From Cetorhinus maximus (lineage: Eukaryota): a DNA stretch of 64,000 nt. Position numbers and translations under genes: made by a program. Shown here piece after piece: positions 13,155 to 25,350 of this stretch (the stretch's first letter is position 1; every line of letters starts with the position of its first letter). The stretch spans positions 53,134,001-53,198,000 of the forward strand of contig NC_135895.1 of the NCBI RefSeq assembly GCF_964194155.1. The letters are read 5' to 3'. The notes beneath the pieces were generated by a model. It did not search any database. It had not been told where the DNA came from and saw nothing but the letters and a program-made list of their open reading frames with translations.

Positions 13155-14330
13155 ACCCAGACTGGGACTGGACATGGAGATTAGGATGAGTTGGGAGATG
13201 GGACTGGAGCTGGGGATGGGATTGGAGCTGGGGGATGGGACTGGAGCTGGGAGATGGGACTGGAGCTGGAAGTTGGGACTGGAGCTGGGAATGGGATTGG
13301 AACTGGGGGCAAGACTGAGCTGGGGGATGGGATTGGAGCTGGGGGATGGGATTGGAGCTGGGGGATGGGATTGGAGCTGGGGGATGGGATTGGAGCTGTG
13401 GGATAGGATTGAAGGTGAGAGATGGGACTGGAGTTGGGGGATGGGACTGAGCTGGGGGATGGGACTGGAGCTGGGGGATGGGATTGGAGCTGGGGGATGG
13501 GATTGGAGCTGCGGGATAGGATTGAAGGTGAGAGATGGGACTGGAGCTGGGGGGTGGGACTGAATTAGGGGAAGGGGATGAGTTGGGGGATGGGACTGGA
13601 GCTGAGCGATGGGACTGGAGCTGGGGGATGGGATTGGAGCTGGGGGATGGGACTGAATTAGGGGAAGGGGATGAATTAGGGGATGGGACTGGAGCTGAGG
13701 GATGGGACTGGACCTGGGGGATGGGATTGGAGCTGGGGGGTGGGCCTGAATTAGGGGAAGGGAATGAATTGGGGGATGGGACTGGAGCTGAGGGATGGGA
13801 CTGGACCTGGGGGATGGGATTGGAGCTGGGGGGTGGGACTGAATTAGGGGAAGGGAATGAGTTGGGGGATGGGATTGGAGCTGAGGGATGGGACTGGACC
13901 TGGGGGATGGGATTGGAGCTGGGGGATGGGACTGAACTAGGGGAAGGGAATGAGTTGGGGGATGGGATTGGAGCTGGGGGATGGGACTGAATTAGGGGAA
14001 GGGAATGAGTTGGGGGAATGGGACTCAAGCTGGGGGATAGGACTGAGCTGGGGGTTAAGACTGAGCTTGGGGTTCGGACTGCGGTTGGGGGTTGGGATTG
14101 GAGCTGGGGGCTGGGACTGAGGCTGGGGGCTGTGACTGAGCTGGGGTTTGGGTCTGGAGCTGGGGGTTGGATCTGGGGGTTCAGACTGAGTTTGGCGTTC
14201 TGACTGGAGTTGGGGGTTGGGACTGGAGTTGGGGGCTGGGACTGGAGTTGGGGGATTCAGACTGAGTTTGGGGCTAGGATTGGAGTTTGGGGGATGGGAC
14301 TGAGCTGGGGGATGTTTCTGGAGTTGGACT
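13155..14330 (+). repeat. G-rich minisatellite, 18-19 bp monomer (GGGA(T/C)TGGAGCTGGGGGAT), with a 93-bp higher-order repeat at 13535-13990
   Basis: Read directly. The 31-residue periodicity of ORF 13535-13990 equals 93 bp, about 5 copies. Confidence 0.95.
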
Positions 14331-14334
14331 AGGA

Positions 14335-15000
14335 GGCGTTGTATTGGCGTCAGTATATGACGCTGGCGGGGGTGTTTGTGAGGTTGAAAATATTTCATGG
14401 ACTCTTTCGAATTCAGCACATCTCGCATCTCAGACCCACTCCCCTCACCTGCGCATTTCCAAGTGGGTAGACACTGAGCCCAGATGAAACGCCTTCACAT
14501 TAAGCGTTAAAGTTTAACAGATAACGTTATCACTAACCGTCGTGACTAAAAACACCGAATGTTCGGAACAGGACTGAGACGAACAGGCTAATTGTGTTCA
14601 ACTTTTATAATTTTATTCCTCATGGATCAAAAGTGTGTTTGATTTCGATGTGATTATGTAACGCCCCCCTCCCAGCGCACACACTGCACTCCCAGCCCTG
14701 CAGACACTGGAGCTTGGCTCCAGCCAGCAGCAAGTCCAGACTGTCCGACATTGTCGTCTCAGCACAGTTTCTAATCCAGAATCAAGTGTACCTGAGCCCA
14801 GTATAGACAGGGCAGCTGCAGCATTTCAAACCACTTGGAGCCGAGCTGCAGTTACCGTTTAAATAAATGATCCTAAGTCAGACAGCTTTTGGGGAGACAG
14901 GAAAAACCTTGCGTTGTTTACGTGACACTGAGTTCGCTGGCGCGTTTTGTTTTGGTAAATTGTAGCATTTGTGTCCGAAAATAAGTAGGAAGCACATAAG
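14335..15000. promoter_or_regulatory. CpG-rich, motif-dense non-coding segment (candidate promoter or enhancer)
   Basis: Many CpGs relative to the flanks. GCGTCA-GTATA-TGACGC (about 14347), GATAACGTTATC (14520-14531), ATTATGTAAC (14653-14662), GC boxes and CAGCTG. Confidence 0.4.
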
Positions 15001-15316
15001 TTGGGTCAAATACTTTTCATGAAGATACTTCCCCTTCACATTGTATAAACTTGTTCCTGTGCGGTGTGAGCACTTTGTGAAGTCGACTTCTCAGATCAGG
15101 AAACGTGGTTGCCTCTAACCAGACAAAGGTGCCTACAGAATGACTGTACCCTATATCTATGAGCGAAATCCGGAACTGCTCAGATTGATTACTGCAGGAT
15201 GTTGCTAGAGACTTTCTCTGAGAACATAGAGAAATTTGAACAAGTTTCTTTCCAGAGAACATGAAACGGGCGGGTGACAGCGTTGCATGGGCAAATCAGG
15301 GGCACAACAATGAGGG

Positions 15317-15455
15317 TAAAAGCAAAATACTGCGGGTGCTAGAAATCTGAAACAAAAACGGAAAAGGTTGGACAAACTCAACAGGTCTGACAGCATCTGT
15401 GGGGAGAGAGAAACAGAGTTGACGTTTCGAGTCCGTATCACTCTTCTTCAGAGCT
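15317..15455 (-). mobile_element. Penelope terminal-repeat-derived short element with a hammerhead motif (family A)
   Basis: Homologous to the Penelope 3' end at 52551-52690. Reverse complement of 15417-15455 reads AGCT-CTGAAGA-AGAGTG-ATAC-GGACTC-GAAA-CGTC-AACT. Confidence 0.8.
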
Positions 15456-16948
15456 CCACGGATTGAGGACACCGTTTGCAATTTTCAAGTGCAAAAGTAC
15501 CAGTCACTGTATGCCCCATTTGTACCGAGCGGTAAGCCCCCTAACCAGCGCTCAAAATGTGGCCTGGGACATTTTTAAGGAGGATTTTTTGGGGGCCGGG
15601 ATGATCTTCATGGTTCCATAAAAATACTGTTGTCCTTTAGGTTGGCCACATGTCCCCCTCTCCAATGTGGCTCCTCACTCCAGTTACTGTGGACTATTGG
15701 TTCAGTGAGGGAGCAGTCGGACTTTCATTTCTCCCATTCTGTTCCCCAAGCTGAAGCTCGCTGTCTGCTTTTTCATGAGGCCTGAAACTGAAAATGTTAC
15801 AGGCAGTGGGCTGTATTTATCAACTGATACACCTCTGAACTCACACCCACTTTGGCGAAAGTTGCAGGATGTGCTTTTATATGTCCAAGTCAGGATAGCG
15901 TGTGACTTGGAGGTGATGGCGTAACAACAACCCAATTGCTTTCCAGTGGCATGAGGCCCTGGGGTGGGAGGTACTGACAAATAAACTATTTTGAATTGTT
16001 ACAACACATTCTGTCATAGATAGATATGATGTAGCAGTGAAAGTCCCAATTCAGGATTATACCTGGGTTTCCTGGCTGGTACGGTTCAGCAACACGCCAA
16101 AAAGCTACACTTAACACTAAGCAAATTGGGAGAGCCTTTCTCCTTTGTCTGTTAACAGACAATGACAGAAATTGTGAGAGGATGTGTAAGTGGACTGATA
16201 CGCGAGTGTACCATTAACCTGTGCTTGTAAATTTGTTTTAAACTCAATATTGAACATTTTAATATGACACAAAGATGTCAAGAATGTTACCATAGTAACT
16301 GCAAAAAAAAACACTTCTTTGCTGTGAATGGTTTATTTGCTGAAACTCTCCCAAGGCTACAAGGCTAGATTTTGACAAAATGTATATGTAAGGCTCTCAC
16401 AGTATGTTGCTATCAATTGGGTTTAAGGGCTGGGTTTATTACAGCAAGGCCACAAAAGGTCACACCATTGAAGACTGAGTAATCAGTCTGGGAGTGAAGC
16501 TGGTGTCATCTGACATTACCTGTGGATTCAACCTTGCCCACCTACTATCACTGTCCTTAGCTTTTACCATGACAATTGAATATAACAGAATATCTTAACT
16601 CATTAAAGATGTCTCATTATTTTTAGCAGTACAATTTAAGAATACAAAGTTTAAAAATACATTATTTAATTTATCCCATTATTGTAGTTTAAACAAATAA
16701 TGCCTGGTTTGTCAAGAAGAGTGTGGGTGACGAACTCTCCAGTATGAAGCCTTTAACATTACTACAAAAATTAACTACCTCCCAGTGTCATATTTTACCA
16801 ATCTACGAGGATGAGGAAGAAGAACTGCAAACCAATTAAAGAATTGACTGCTCCTTTTCTATAGATGCTTCCTCCTCAGAAGAATAGGTGTGCAGATTTT
16901 TTGAGAACAAGACTCCATCTTCCCCCTCTATTTCCCTGAAATTTTCTA

Positions 16949-17070
16949 TTTCTCCCTCCTGAAGGCACTCGTACGGATTGGGTTACATTTCTCTCTCCTG
17001 AAAGCACTCATGCATACTGGGTTACACTTCTCTCTCTTGAAGGCATTCATACGTACTGGGTTACATTTTC
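16949..17070 (+). repeat. Three tandem copies of an approximately 39-bp unit
   Basis: TTTCTCTCTCCTGAAGGCACTCATACGTACTGGGTTACA consensus, three diverged copies. Confidence 0.85.
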
Positions 17071-17165
17071 ATGGCCACCCTCATGCCCTTTGCCCAAGTG
17101 GTTATTCTTTAATAGATCATGAAGTACCACAGCTTGATTCTTCCCTCACCAGACATCCACATACA

Positions 17166-17337
17166 AGGGGATAAATCTTGATTTTATGCAATATTGTGAA
17201 ATGGCTAATAGTAAGTCAGCTGCCAGTTTTAAATCTCGATTTTTATTTCCATTGGCTTCAGTGGGTCCAAACCAGGAGAGTTGTAAAACTCGCTATCACC
17301 CTTTTCACACTATCGCACAGAATTGAGATCTACACAT
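17166..17337. mobile_element. Palindromic MITE
   Basis: Left arm ATAAATCTTGATTTTATGCAATATTGTGAAATGGCTAATAG is an imperfect reverse complement of right arm CTATCACCCTTTTCACACTATCGCACAGAATTGAGATCTAC. Confidence 0.65.
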
Positions 17338-17865
17338 CTTTTTCCAGAATGAAAAATATCAGCTGTAGAAGCCCTGGCTGTTTACCTTTCCTCTCAACTA
17401 ATGGACACTGAAACTAAAAGCTGCTGTGGCTGAGAACAGAGCAGACCAGGATTCAAATTTGTGACAGATATGGTCTGCTTTGCTCAACACTACAGCAGGT
17501 CATGTGCTTACCTATTGAACCACTGGGATAGCAAGAATGGCATGTAAAAATGCAAGTAGTTTCTTCATGAAAATCTAGGCTGAAATTCCTGTTGATGATA
17601 TTAGTGAACAAGTATTTAATATGGCTATCTGACATTCCTCAGTCCCTTATTTTTAGGCAATAACCCCACTTGAAATTACTGGTTAACATCTGCAATAAAC
17701 TAGGATTGGGGAACATCACATGAATGTATTTGGACATTAATATCACTAGCAATGATTTTTAAGCTCCATCCTTACCTTTATCTCACAAAGCTATAATTCT
17801 GTGGTATTAAGTAATTAATAAAATGTTATAAACTATTACCAGAAAATTCAATATATTAATTCAAT

Positions 17866-18568
17866 GGGTAGAGTTTTCTGCTTCTGTTGGCAGTGGGTGT
17901 GCTTGGCGGCAAGAGCGGATAATATGGCAAAAAGGCCAAAAATCGGTTTTATACCATTGTGAAACCAGTTTGCGACTGTCTGCTCCACCTGTTAATGGTG
18001 GGCCACGTTTCCCACCGCCCCACCCCGGGAACCTAATTTCAATACTTTAACATCTCATTATAAGCCCTGCTCGCAGAATCATCCCCCCCAAGCTGGATCA
18101 TCCAGGCATATTGGCATGATTGCACGCCGATGTGTTTCACAACTGAACATAAGCGACGTACATCTGGCGAGCTGCACTTCGCTTGGGACTTTGAGGTCTG
18201 TTTGCCTACCATGCTTCAGGCAGCACTCGCGGTCATAAGCGCCAGGCTTCACAGGCAGCACCACATCACTTTTAAGGGGGCTCACAGGCAGGTCTCTATC
18301 TGCAAGACCAGCCATAAGGCGGGGGAGGCTTTTCAATGGCTGCAGGGGAAGGGGCAGACTTATTTGGGGCTTACAGGGGCTTACTTGGGGAAGAGGGCAA
18401 AAGTGGCCTCAGGCAAGGGAACAGGCTGCAGGGCAAAGGCTGTTCTGGGGAAGGAGAGTATCCCAGGGTGTGTGTGGGGGCACATGTTGATCTGTGCAAG
18501 TGGCCTCAAAATGGTGAGGGCTGAGGAGGCAGTATCTAGAGGACATGAGGCCAGATGGAGATGTGAGA

Positions 18569-18601
<33 letters not shown>

Positions 18602-19172
18602 TGAGTGGTGCTGTCCCTTGAGCTGGCAGTGACTGAGATGCCAGTGAATGTGTGATGGCCTTGTGAGTGTGTGAGTTTAGGGTGATGAGATGGTTGCCTT
18701 GCTCTGGCAGCACGGATGAGATAATTCATCCTCTTTCAGCACTGGATGGCCAACCTTTTCTGTTGACCACCACTGCCACCGCCACCCAATCCGGAGTGGT
18801 GAGATTGCTGGACCTCCTGCGGTTAGAGCTGGGTGTGGAGGATATCATGGCAGGCCTCCAAAAGGCATTCCAGTGATGGTCACTGAACACTTCTTGTCTT
18901 CCCTGGAGCAGTCCTGGGCTGCAATCATGGAGAGCTGTGTGTGCAGCTGCAGTTTAGATATGGCACCCGGAGTGAGGAAACGGTGAGGTAACAGCGTGGC
19001 AGGTGATTCAGAGGCCGCCCATCACCGAGGTGGTGTGTTTCATGTGGCTGCATAAATAATGAGGTGGGAAGCAGTCGGTATGGTGTGAAAACCTGCCACT
19101 GCAGCTGGTGGGTAAAATGTCATTTTTCACGCCCGCTACTGCACTTTGTGCAATTCTGGGATGATTCTGCCC
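17866..19172 (-). mobile_element. Non-autonomous Harbinger element retaining a decayed Myb/SANT gene
   Basis: Termini GGGTAGAGTTTTC and GATGATTCTGCCC, with AAT on both sides (3-bp TSD). Minus strand about 18700-18900 reads RRSSNLTTPDWVAVAVVV...IQC*KRMNYLIRAAR. Confidence 0.75.
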
Positions 19173-19295
19173 AATATATTAATACAAAAATGTAAACCTG
19201 TAAAAACATCTCATCATTGAAGTCTGGTTGAACTTCTAATTTAATTTATTCAGATGCTTAATATTTCCTTTAAATATTAGGTGGTATTGCCACAT

Positions 19296-20212
19296 TGACA
19301 CAAAGATTGGCCGAATAGTGGATAGTGTAGAGGATAGCCATAATCTCCAAAACAATATAGATGGGTTGGTGGAGTGGGCAGTAAAGTGGCAGATGAATTT
19401 TAACATAGAGATGCGTGAGGTCATATATTTAGGGAGGTCAAACAGTTACAGGGATTACAAAATAAATGGGAATATACTAAAAGGGGTAGATGAAGTGAGA
19501 AATCTTGGCGTACAAGTACACAGGTCCTTGAAAGCAGCAGTTCAAGTAGACAATGTTGTAAAGAAGGCATATGGAATGCTCTCCTTCATTGGCAGAGGTA
19601 TAGAATATAAAAGTAAGGATATAATGTTGGAATTGTATAAAACACTGGTGAGGCCACAACTGGAGTATTGTGTGCAGTTCTGGTCACCACATTACAGGAA
19701 GGACGTAATAGCTCTGGAGAGAGTGCAGGGGAGGTTTACAAGAATGTTGCCAGGGTTAGAAAAGTGTAGCTACGAAGTGAGATTGGTTAGGTTGGGATTG
19801 TTTTCCTTAGAACAAAGAAGGCTGAGAAGTGACTTGATTGAGGTGTACAAAATTATGAGGGGAATAGATAGAGTGGACAGGATAAGATTGTTTCCCTTGG
19901 TGGAGAATTCTAGAACCAGGGGACATAGATTCAAGATAAGTGGCAGAAGGTGTAGGGGGGACATGAGGAAGAACTTTTTTATGTAGAGGGTAGTGGGTAT
20001 CTGAAATTCGCTGCCCAAGTTGGTGGTAGAGGCAGAAACTTTAAACTCTTTTAAAAAGTACCTGGATCTGCACCTTAAGTGCTGTAAGCTGCAGGGCTAT
20101 GGGCCGGGTGCAGGAAGGTGGGATTAGAAAGGGCACCTGGGTGTCCTCGGGCTGGCATGGACAAGATGGGCCAAATGGCCTCCTTCTGTGCTGTAACTTT
20201 TCTATGGTTCTA
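19296..20212 (+). mobile_element. CR1 LINE, 5'-truncated, with a 222-aa uninterrupted ORF2 C-terminus
   Basis: WQMNFN, LYKTLVRPQLEYCVQFWSPHY, LFSLEQRRLRSDLIEVYKIM and RTRGH motifs. 3' end TTCTATGGTTCTA. Confidence 0.92.
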
Positions 20213-22734
20213 TCTGGAGGATGTAAAATGGAAAGATGTCTCTCTAATCTGCTGGTTGCTGGAAGGCAAACAGAAACTTGTTTGGGTTCCAATGCTTCCC
20301 ATAGCTTAACACTTACTGCAATAATTCTGGTTCAGCAAGAGTGGATTCTTTTCTGTATTTGACCTTGACTAGCTATGAAGGACAGAGATCCAACTTGGAG
20401 AGCTGTCTGAATTCTGAGCCGATTTTTAGATTCACACAAGTTGTCAGAACTGGTAGCAGTGAGTGTCGATGGATGGACTCAAAGCCCACGGATGTTTGTG
20501 GAATGTGGTATGTTTATGATCCATGTAAACAACCATCAGTTTACCAATTGTCACAGCCAGTTATATCTGAGGCTGGATCCCAACGTGCACACAGAGGGTT
20601 TATGGCCCTTTTCCATGTTGCAACCTGGGAGGTTGACATTTGAAACCTAAGGTATTCATGTGCAATTTTCTCCACATTCCCACAATTGTCAATCCTGAAA
20701 ATAGAACTTGTTTTGGTGATCAGGTCAGAGGACCTGTGACTGAATAGTTCAATATAGGCAGCCTCAGTAAAATGCTTAAAAGGGAAGGAAAGAAAGCTTG
20801 AAGAAAGTACCTTCTGTACATAGTACTTTCATATTCTCTCTCTCTCTCTTCAAGCAAAACCCAAGAAAAATGAATCCTTATTTTTGTGCAGTATTTTTAG
20901 CTTTTAAAGACCAGCACTTTCAGGCTTCCACTTCCTTCAGTACTATTTTAGGATTCCAAGAATGCAAGACACATAGTCTTCCATGGCCATAGCACATTTT
21001 ACTGATGCAGGAAAGATTCACCCTTTAATCTAGTTTCTTTCGTAGACATAGACCAGATCATAAGCTGCGATTGTTTTGTATGGTTTATCAATCTTATTGG
21101 ATACTCATTGCATTGTCCTCACAGGAAGTCAAAGATCTTCCTAATTTGAACTGTTCATACTGATTTGTATTCTGTTCTTCTTTCAAACCCTGAAACTACT
21201 CTCACTACAAACTTAAAATATTTTAAAATATTTGTATTAAATTTGGTGTCCATGATAAAGTGAATTATGAATTTTCTCATCAGAAGTGGCATGGTTTAGT
21301 CTATAAATTCATTTTCGAAGGAAAGAAACCAATTGCTTGGCAGTTCCAGTTACAGAAATTTGCAGTGTCACTTAGAGCTGTATAATAAGTATACCATCTG
21401 TCAATGTCTAATTATATCCCAACCTACCATCAATTATACAGTAAGTTTGTCAGGCATCCAGTTACACTATTCTTGAAGTACTACTGACCCCCAGTGGTAA
21501 TGCAACATCATTACATGCATCATGACATGCAGCTACTGAAAGCAATAGTCACAAATTGTTAACTTTCATATCCCTGATATGACTTTGATTGCTAAGGAAT
21601 TTAGAAAGTTAAATGTGAAAAGTATATTTTTTATTTGTAGAAATTTAAATTGGTGAACTTAATCATCAATAGTACCCTGGAATGCTGTCTAGTTTTCAGC
21701 TGTAAATCCAAAACTATGTTAGATTTATCAATTTTCCAGCTTTGCAGAATAGCAATATAGGACTACCTCTTGTAATCTGGGAAGGGTAGAATCAATCATG
21801 AAGAGGATGCATTAGTTTGAATACTGCCTCATGCTTGATTCCATTCTACTGAGAGATTACTGATGATTTATGTCTTTTCTTTCTCTTGTCCTCTCAGGTT
21901 TTTTTCCTTCTGTTTGTTCCCTCTCCTGTCACCTAGTCCCACTAATCCCATGTCATTGATCTCCTCTTGGGCACATTGCCTTTTCCCACCCCGATCCCAT
22001 CTCATTATTAGTCATCTGCCTTCCAACTTCTAGATTAAACCCACAATTTCCTCTGTGCCTCGCTTGGTAATCTCCAAACGGCCCATCAAGACACCCATGC
22101 CTGCCTGCTCAGGAGCTAATATCGCAAATGCTGCATGCTCCTCTTTTGTCCACCTTTCCACCCACTGCGCCTGCTCAGGATCATCTCTGCTGACCTACTT
22201 CCCATCCCATGTACCTGTACATGAGAGTTCTCTAGCAGGCTGCTCTTACTTATTTTTCAATAAAAATCCCATTACTGTGTCACAGTGAATATACCTTTTG
22301 TGAAATCCTACACTTCCGTGACATGGAGATCACCAGATTTTGTTTGTAACCCACCCCAACCAATTTTCACCCTCCCTCTCCTGAAAGGATTGATTTGAGG
22401 TGAGCTCTGGTTCTAATGTGCATCCACCCACTCTGACCACGCCCGTGTAACTATTCTTCATCCGTGAGCATAGACTGTGAGTGTTGAGAAGATGCAGAAT
22501 ATCTTCCTGGCTTCATCCAGCACCTACATAAGTGTACTTTCCTCAGGAATCACTGCAAAACAGCCAGGGGCGAGAATACAGCCAGAATTTCCAGCATGGA
22601 TGTGACACTCTGACTGGCCTCCTTCTGTTCTGTAACTGTTCTATGATTCTACTCTGTGATTTAACCCCTCCCAAGCCCAGCAGTAATGGAAGGACCTTAT
22701 CACTTCAACAGAAACAACCTACCTTGGTAATTTG

Positions 22735-22920
22735 AGTATTGCTGAAAAAAGAGACATGTCAAAGCTTTTCATCTTGCACTCATTAGGATACTACACAAGA
22801 ATACCAATATAAGGGGAAAACAACAATTTGTACTGTATGAGAAGAGAGTGCTGATTGGTTGGCAACTGGACTCTGATTGGTAGAGCCATTGCCATGGAAA
22901 ATGCACCAGTGATGGTGAGT
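22735..22920 (-). mobile_element. Short element with a decayed hammerhead motif (family B)
   Basis: Reverse complement of about 22757-22790 reads TATC-CTAATGA-GTGCAAGAT-GAAA-AGCTT-T-GACA. Shares flanking sequence with 23651-23730 and 37386-37465. Confidence 0.65.
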
Positions 22921-23407
22921 GACAGAAATGAAAAAAAATCATAATTGCTCGTTAAAATCTATATTCTAGCCCAAACACGTGATTTCATTTTTCTAACTAT
23001 ACACCTCTATTCTTCCACCTCCTCCCTAACCTGGAATTTTTCAATTTCCTTTACCAACAATCTTTCCCCCTTTCAATTTCCTTCCTTTTCTCCTGAAAGT
23101 ACTTCCTGGTGTTGGACATACTTCTGAGTCTAGTCCACAGGTAGGCAATGAGACTGAGGGGTGGTATCATAACTAAGTGTGAACCTATTCTCATTTGTCA
23201 TCTGCCTTTCAGCAGTGACCACTGTTTAACAGTCAGGAGCGGGAACCTAAGCTGATTGATCCTGTCCACTCCCCTTCCGAGAACACTGAGACTAACTGCA
23301 ACACCCCATACCATGGCTGAGTCTCAATACTGGGAGCAAATTTAACCTAGCCCATCTGTCGGGAAACTTATAGGAACAAGTGTAATGATGATTTCATATG
23401 CCACCTA

Positions 23408-23597
23408 ATAAGAACATAAGAAATAAGAATAGGAGTAGACCATTTGGCCCCTCGAGCCTGCTCCGCAATTCAATATGATCATGGCTGACCTTCTTGAGTT
23501 TCATTTTTCACATTCTCATCTAACCCCGATAACCTTTGATTCCCTTGCCTAACAAGAATCTGTCTACCTCTGCCTTAAAAATATTCAATTACCCCGA
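23408..23597 (-). mobile_element. CR1 LINE 3' tail
   Basis: TAAGAACATAAGAAATAAGAATAGGAGTAGACCATTTGGCCCCTCGAGCCTGCTCCG is the reverse complement of the CR1 3' terminus. Confidence 0.8.
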
Positions 23598-23605
23598 ATC
23601 TTAAT

Positions 23606-23730
23606 TTTTTTGTCATGCATCCATCAGAACAGATTCACAAGAGTACCAAATTGGTATTCTTGCGAATCTGTCCTGATGAGTGCATGACAAAAAGCTTTGA
23701 CAGCATGTCTCTTTTCTTCAGCAATAATAA
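23606..23730 (+). repeat. Hairpin of inverted family-B copies (about 43-bp arms, centre 23650) with a hammerhead motif at 23668-23703
   Basis: Arms differ at 5 positions. Motif reads CTGTC-CTGATGA-GTGCATGAC-AAAA-AGCTT-T-GACAG. Confidence 0.8.
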
Positions 23731-25231
23731 AAATGCTCCAACTCACTCACAGACACACACACACACATACAAGTTACAAAGTGACAGGATAGATTAAGTA
23801 GCATTTGAAAAACTCCAATAAAAGTCCGTGGTATGTGGATCTTGTACATTAATGATTTGGATGGTTTCAGGGCTGGATGGTCTTTCTAGATTCTGCGTCA
23901 AGGTGATTTAAAGCTGTTGATGAACGATTTATTTTTTTCTTCTGGAGGCAGCAGCTGCTGGGCTGATTCTTAAAACACTGCCTGTGGCGTGTTGATGATC
24001 AAACAACAGGCAGGGCTCAAACTTGCAGATGGATGGAGAGAGAGAGAGTGTGCACTCAGGACCTTCTTCTTTTGTTTTCTGCTTCTTTGTTCTCTGGTCT
24101 GGAGAAAAGCAGTTTCTTAAAAGCATATAAGAGGGTTAGTGGGCTCATCACACAATGTCCTCTCACCAACTGATCAGTTACCCAACATGGTCACAGCAAG
24201 GTCCACGGTTTAGACATGATTAGATTATGGCTGGACGAGTTCCCATCTCAACCAGAATCCATTGTCCAAAGTGATTACATCAAATGGCTTGATCCGTGCC
24301 CAGTTGAATGCACAGGATGTCTGGATGTTTTGTGAATAAGACAGGGGATGTGCCATTCTCATTCCTCTAAAGTGATTGTCTTTGATGATGGGTTCTCTAG
24401 AAAGCCTGACTCCGTTTTTAATGGCTTTGGAATTTGTAAGGTACAGTCACACAAATATTTGTCCATCTTAGGAGCTGCTGTTAAAGACACTGAAAAGTTG
24501 TTCAGACTTTTAAAACTCAATCTGTGATTTCAGCCCAATAAACAAATACACCATTTGCAGTATAAATCCTAGCTTTATAACAAGGTAATCAATTAATTTA
24601 GTTTGTGCATACAAATAAATATGCATAGGTATATTGCTGTAGGTCTTTTTTATCAATACTGTGAAAATGAACACTAGTTACTTCCAAAGTAAGCAAACAG
24701 TATAACTGCAAATATTTGTTAGGAAAGGTGCACATTAATAGATTCAGCTGCGTACTCTACAGATTGTAGTAGTTTTCTCCTGGCATTAGTTGTGTGTTAT
24801 TGTTTTGCCTTCCCTTCTTAATACAAAGACCTAACAGACTCTAAGCAACAGTAGCTAAGGTGCAGATTTCCACATTACCTGATAGACTGCTTACACCAGA
24901 TTAGTGGATGGCAAACACAAAGTTTTGGCTCACAGGAGAGAAAGGTGACTGTTTTGATAGTTTTATGTTCAACATCTGATGGAATCTCTCAAATATTTAT
25001 TGTTCAGGCCAAACTTAACATGTTTGCCAAAAAGTTTTGGTATTGTTATTGTACCAGAATAAAGCAACCAACCTTGTTGCGATGGTTTGTTAGGGCAGTT
25101 AACGATTAATTCGGGGATCAGGACTCGTTTTATACAAGTTGCAATCTTACTAGCCTCTGAAGACTCTATTTTAACGCTAAGTTACATTAGCTTAATGATG
25201 ATTGACTTTCAGCCATGGAAAGAGCTGTCTG

Positions 25232-25242
25232 TATATTTAAAG
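25232..25242 (+). promoter_or_regulatory. TATA-like box upstream of caiap
   Basis: TATATTTAAAG about 110 nt before the ATG. Motif only. Confidence 0.3.
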
Positions 25243-25350
25243 AAATAGAGAGACCTTGATTGCTTCAAAATTTGACAATTGTGAGAAAGATAAAGTTTCC
25301 TGCTGCCAACCAACCTACGACTTAATCAGTACGGATGTCGTTCTGCCACA

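Noticed and set aside
13155-14330. CRISPR-like array
   Set aside because: Tandem monomers without unique spacers, no cas genes, eukaryotic context.
13150-14428. Long Pro/Ser/Gln-rich and Gly/Trp-rich ORFs (up to 292 aa)
   Set aside because: Translations of the minisatellite, open in several frames on both strands because the monomer lacks stops.
18567-18602. (GT)n(GA)n microsatellite and other CA/GA runs (about 23750, 24035, 52790)
   Set aside because: Ordinary short microsatellites inside repeats.
23381-24582. Solo LTR (TG...CA), and a similar candidate at about 52702-53505
   Set aside because: No matching TSD, PBS or internal sequence found, so boundaries cannot be supported.
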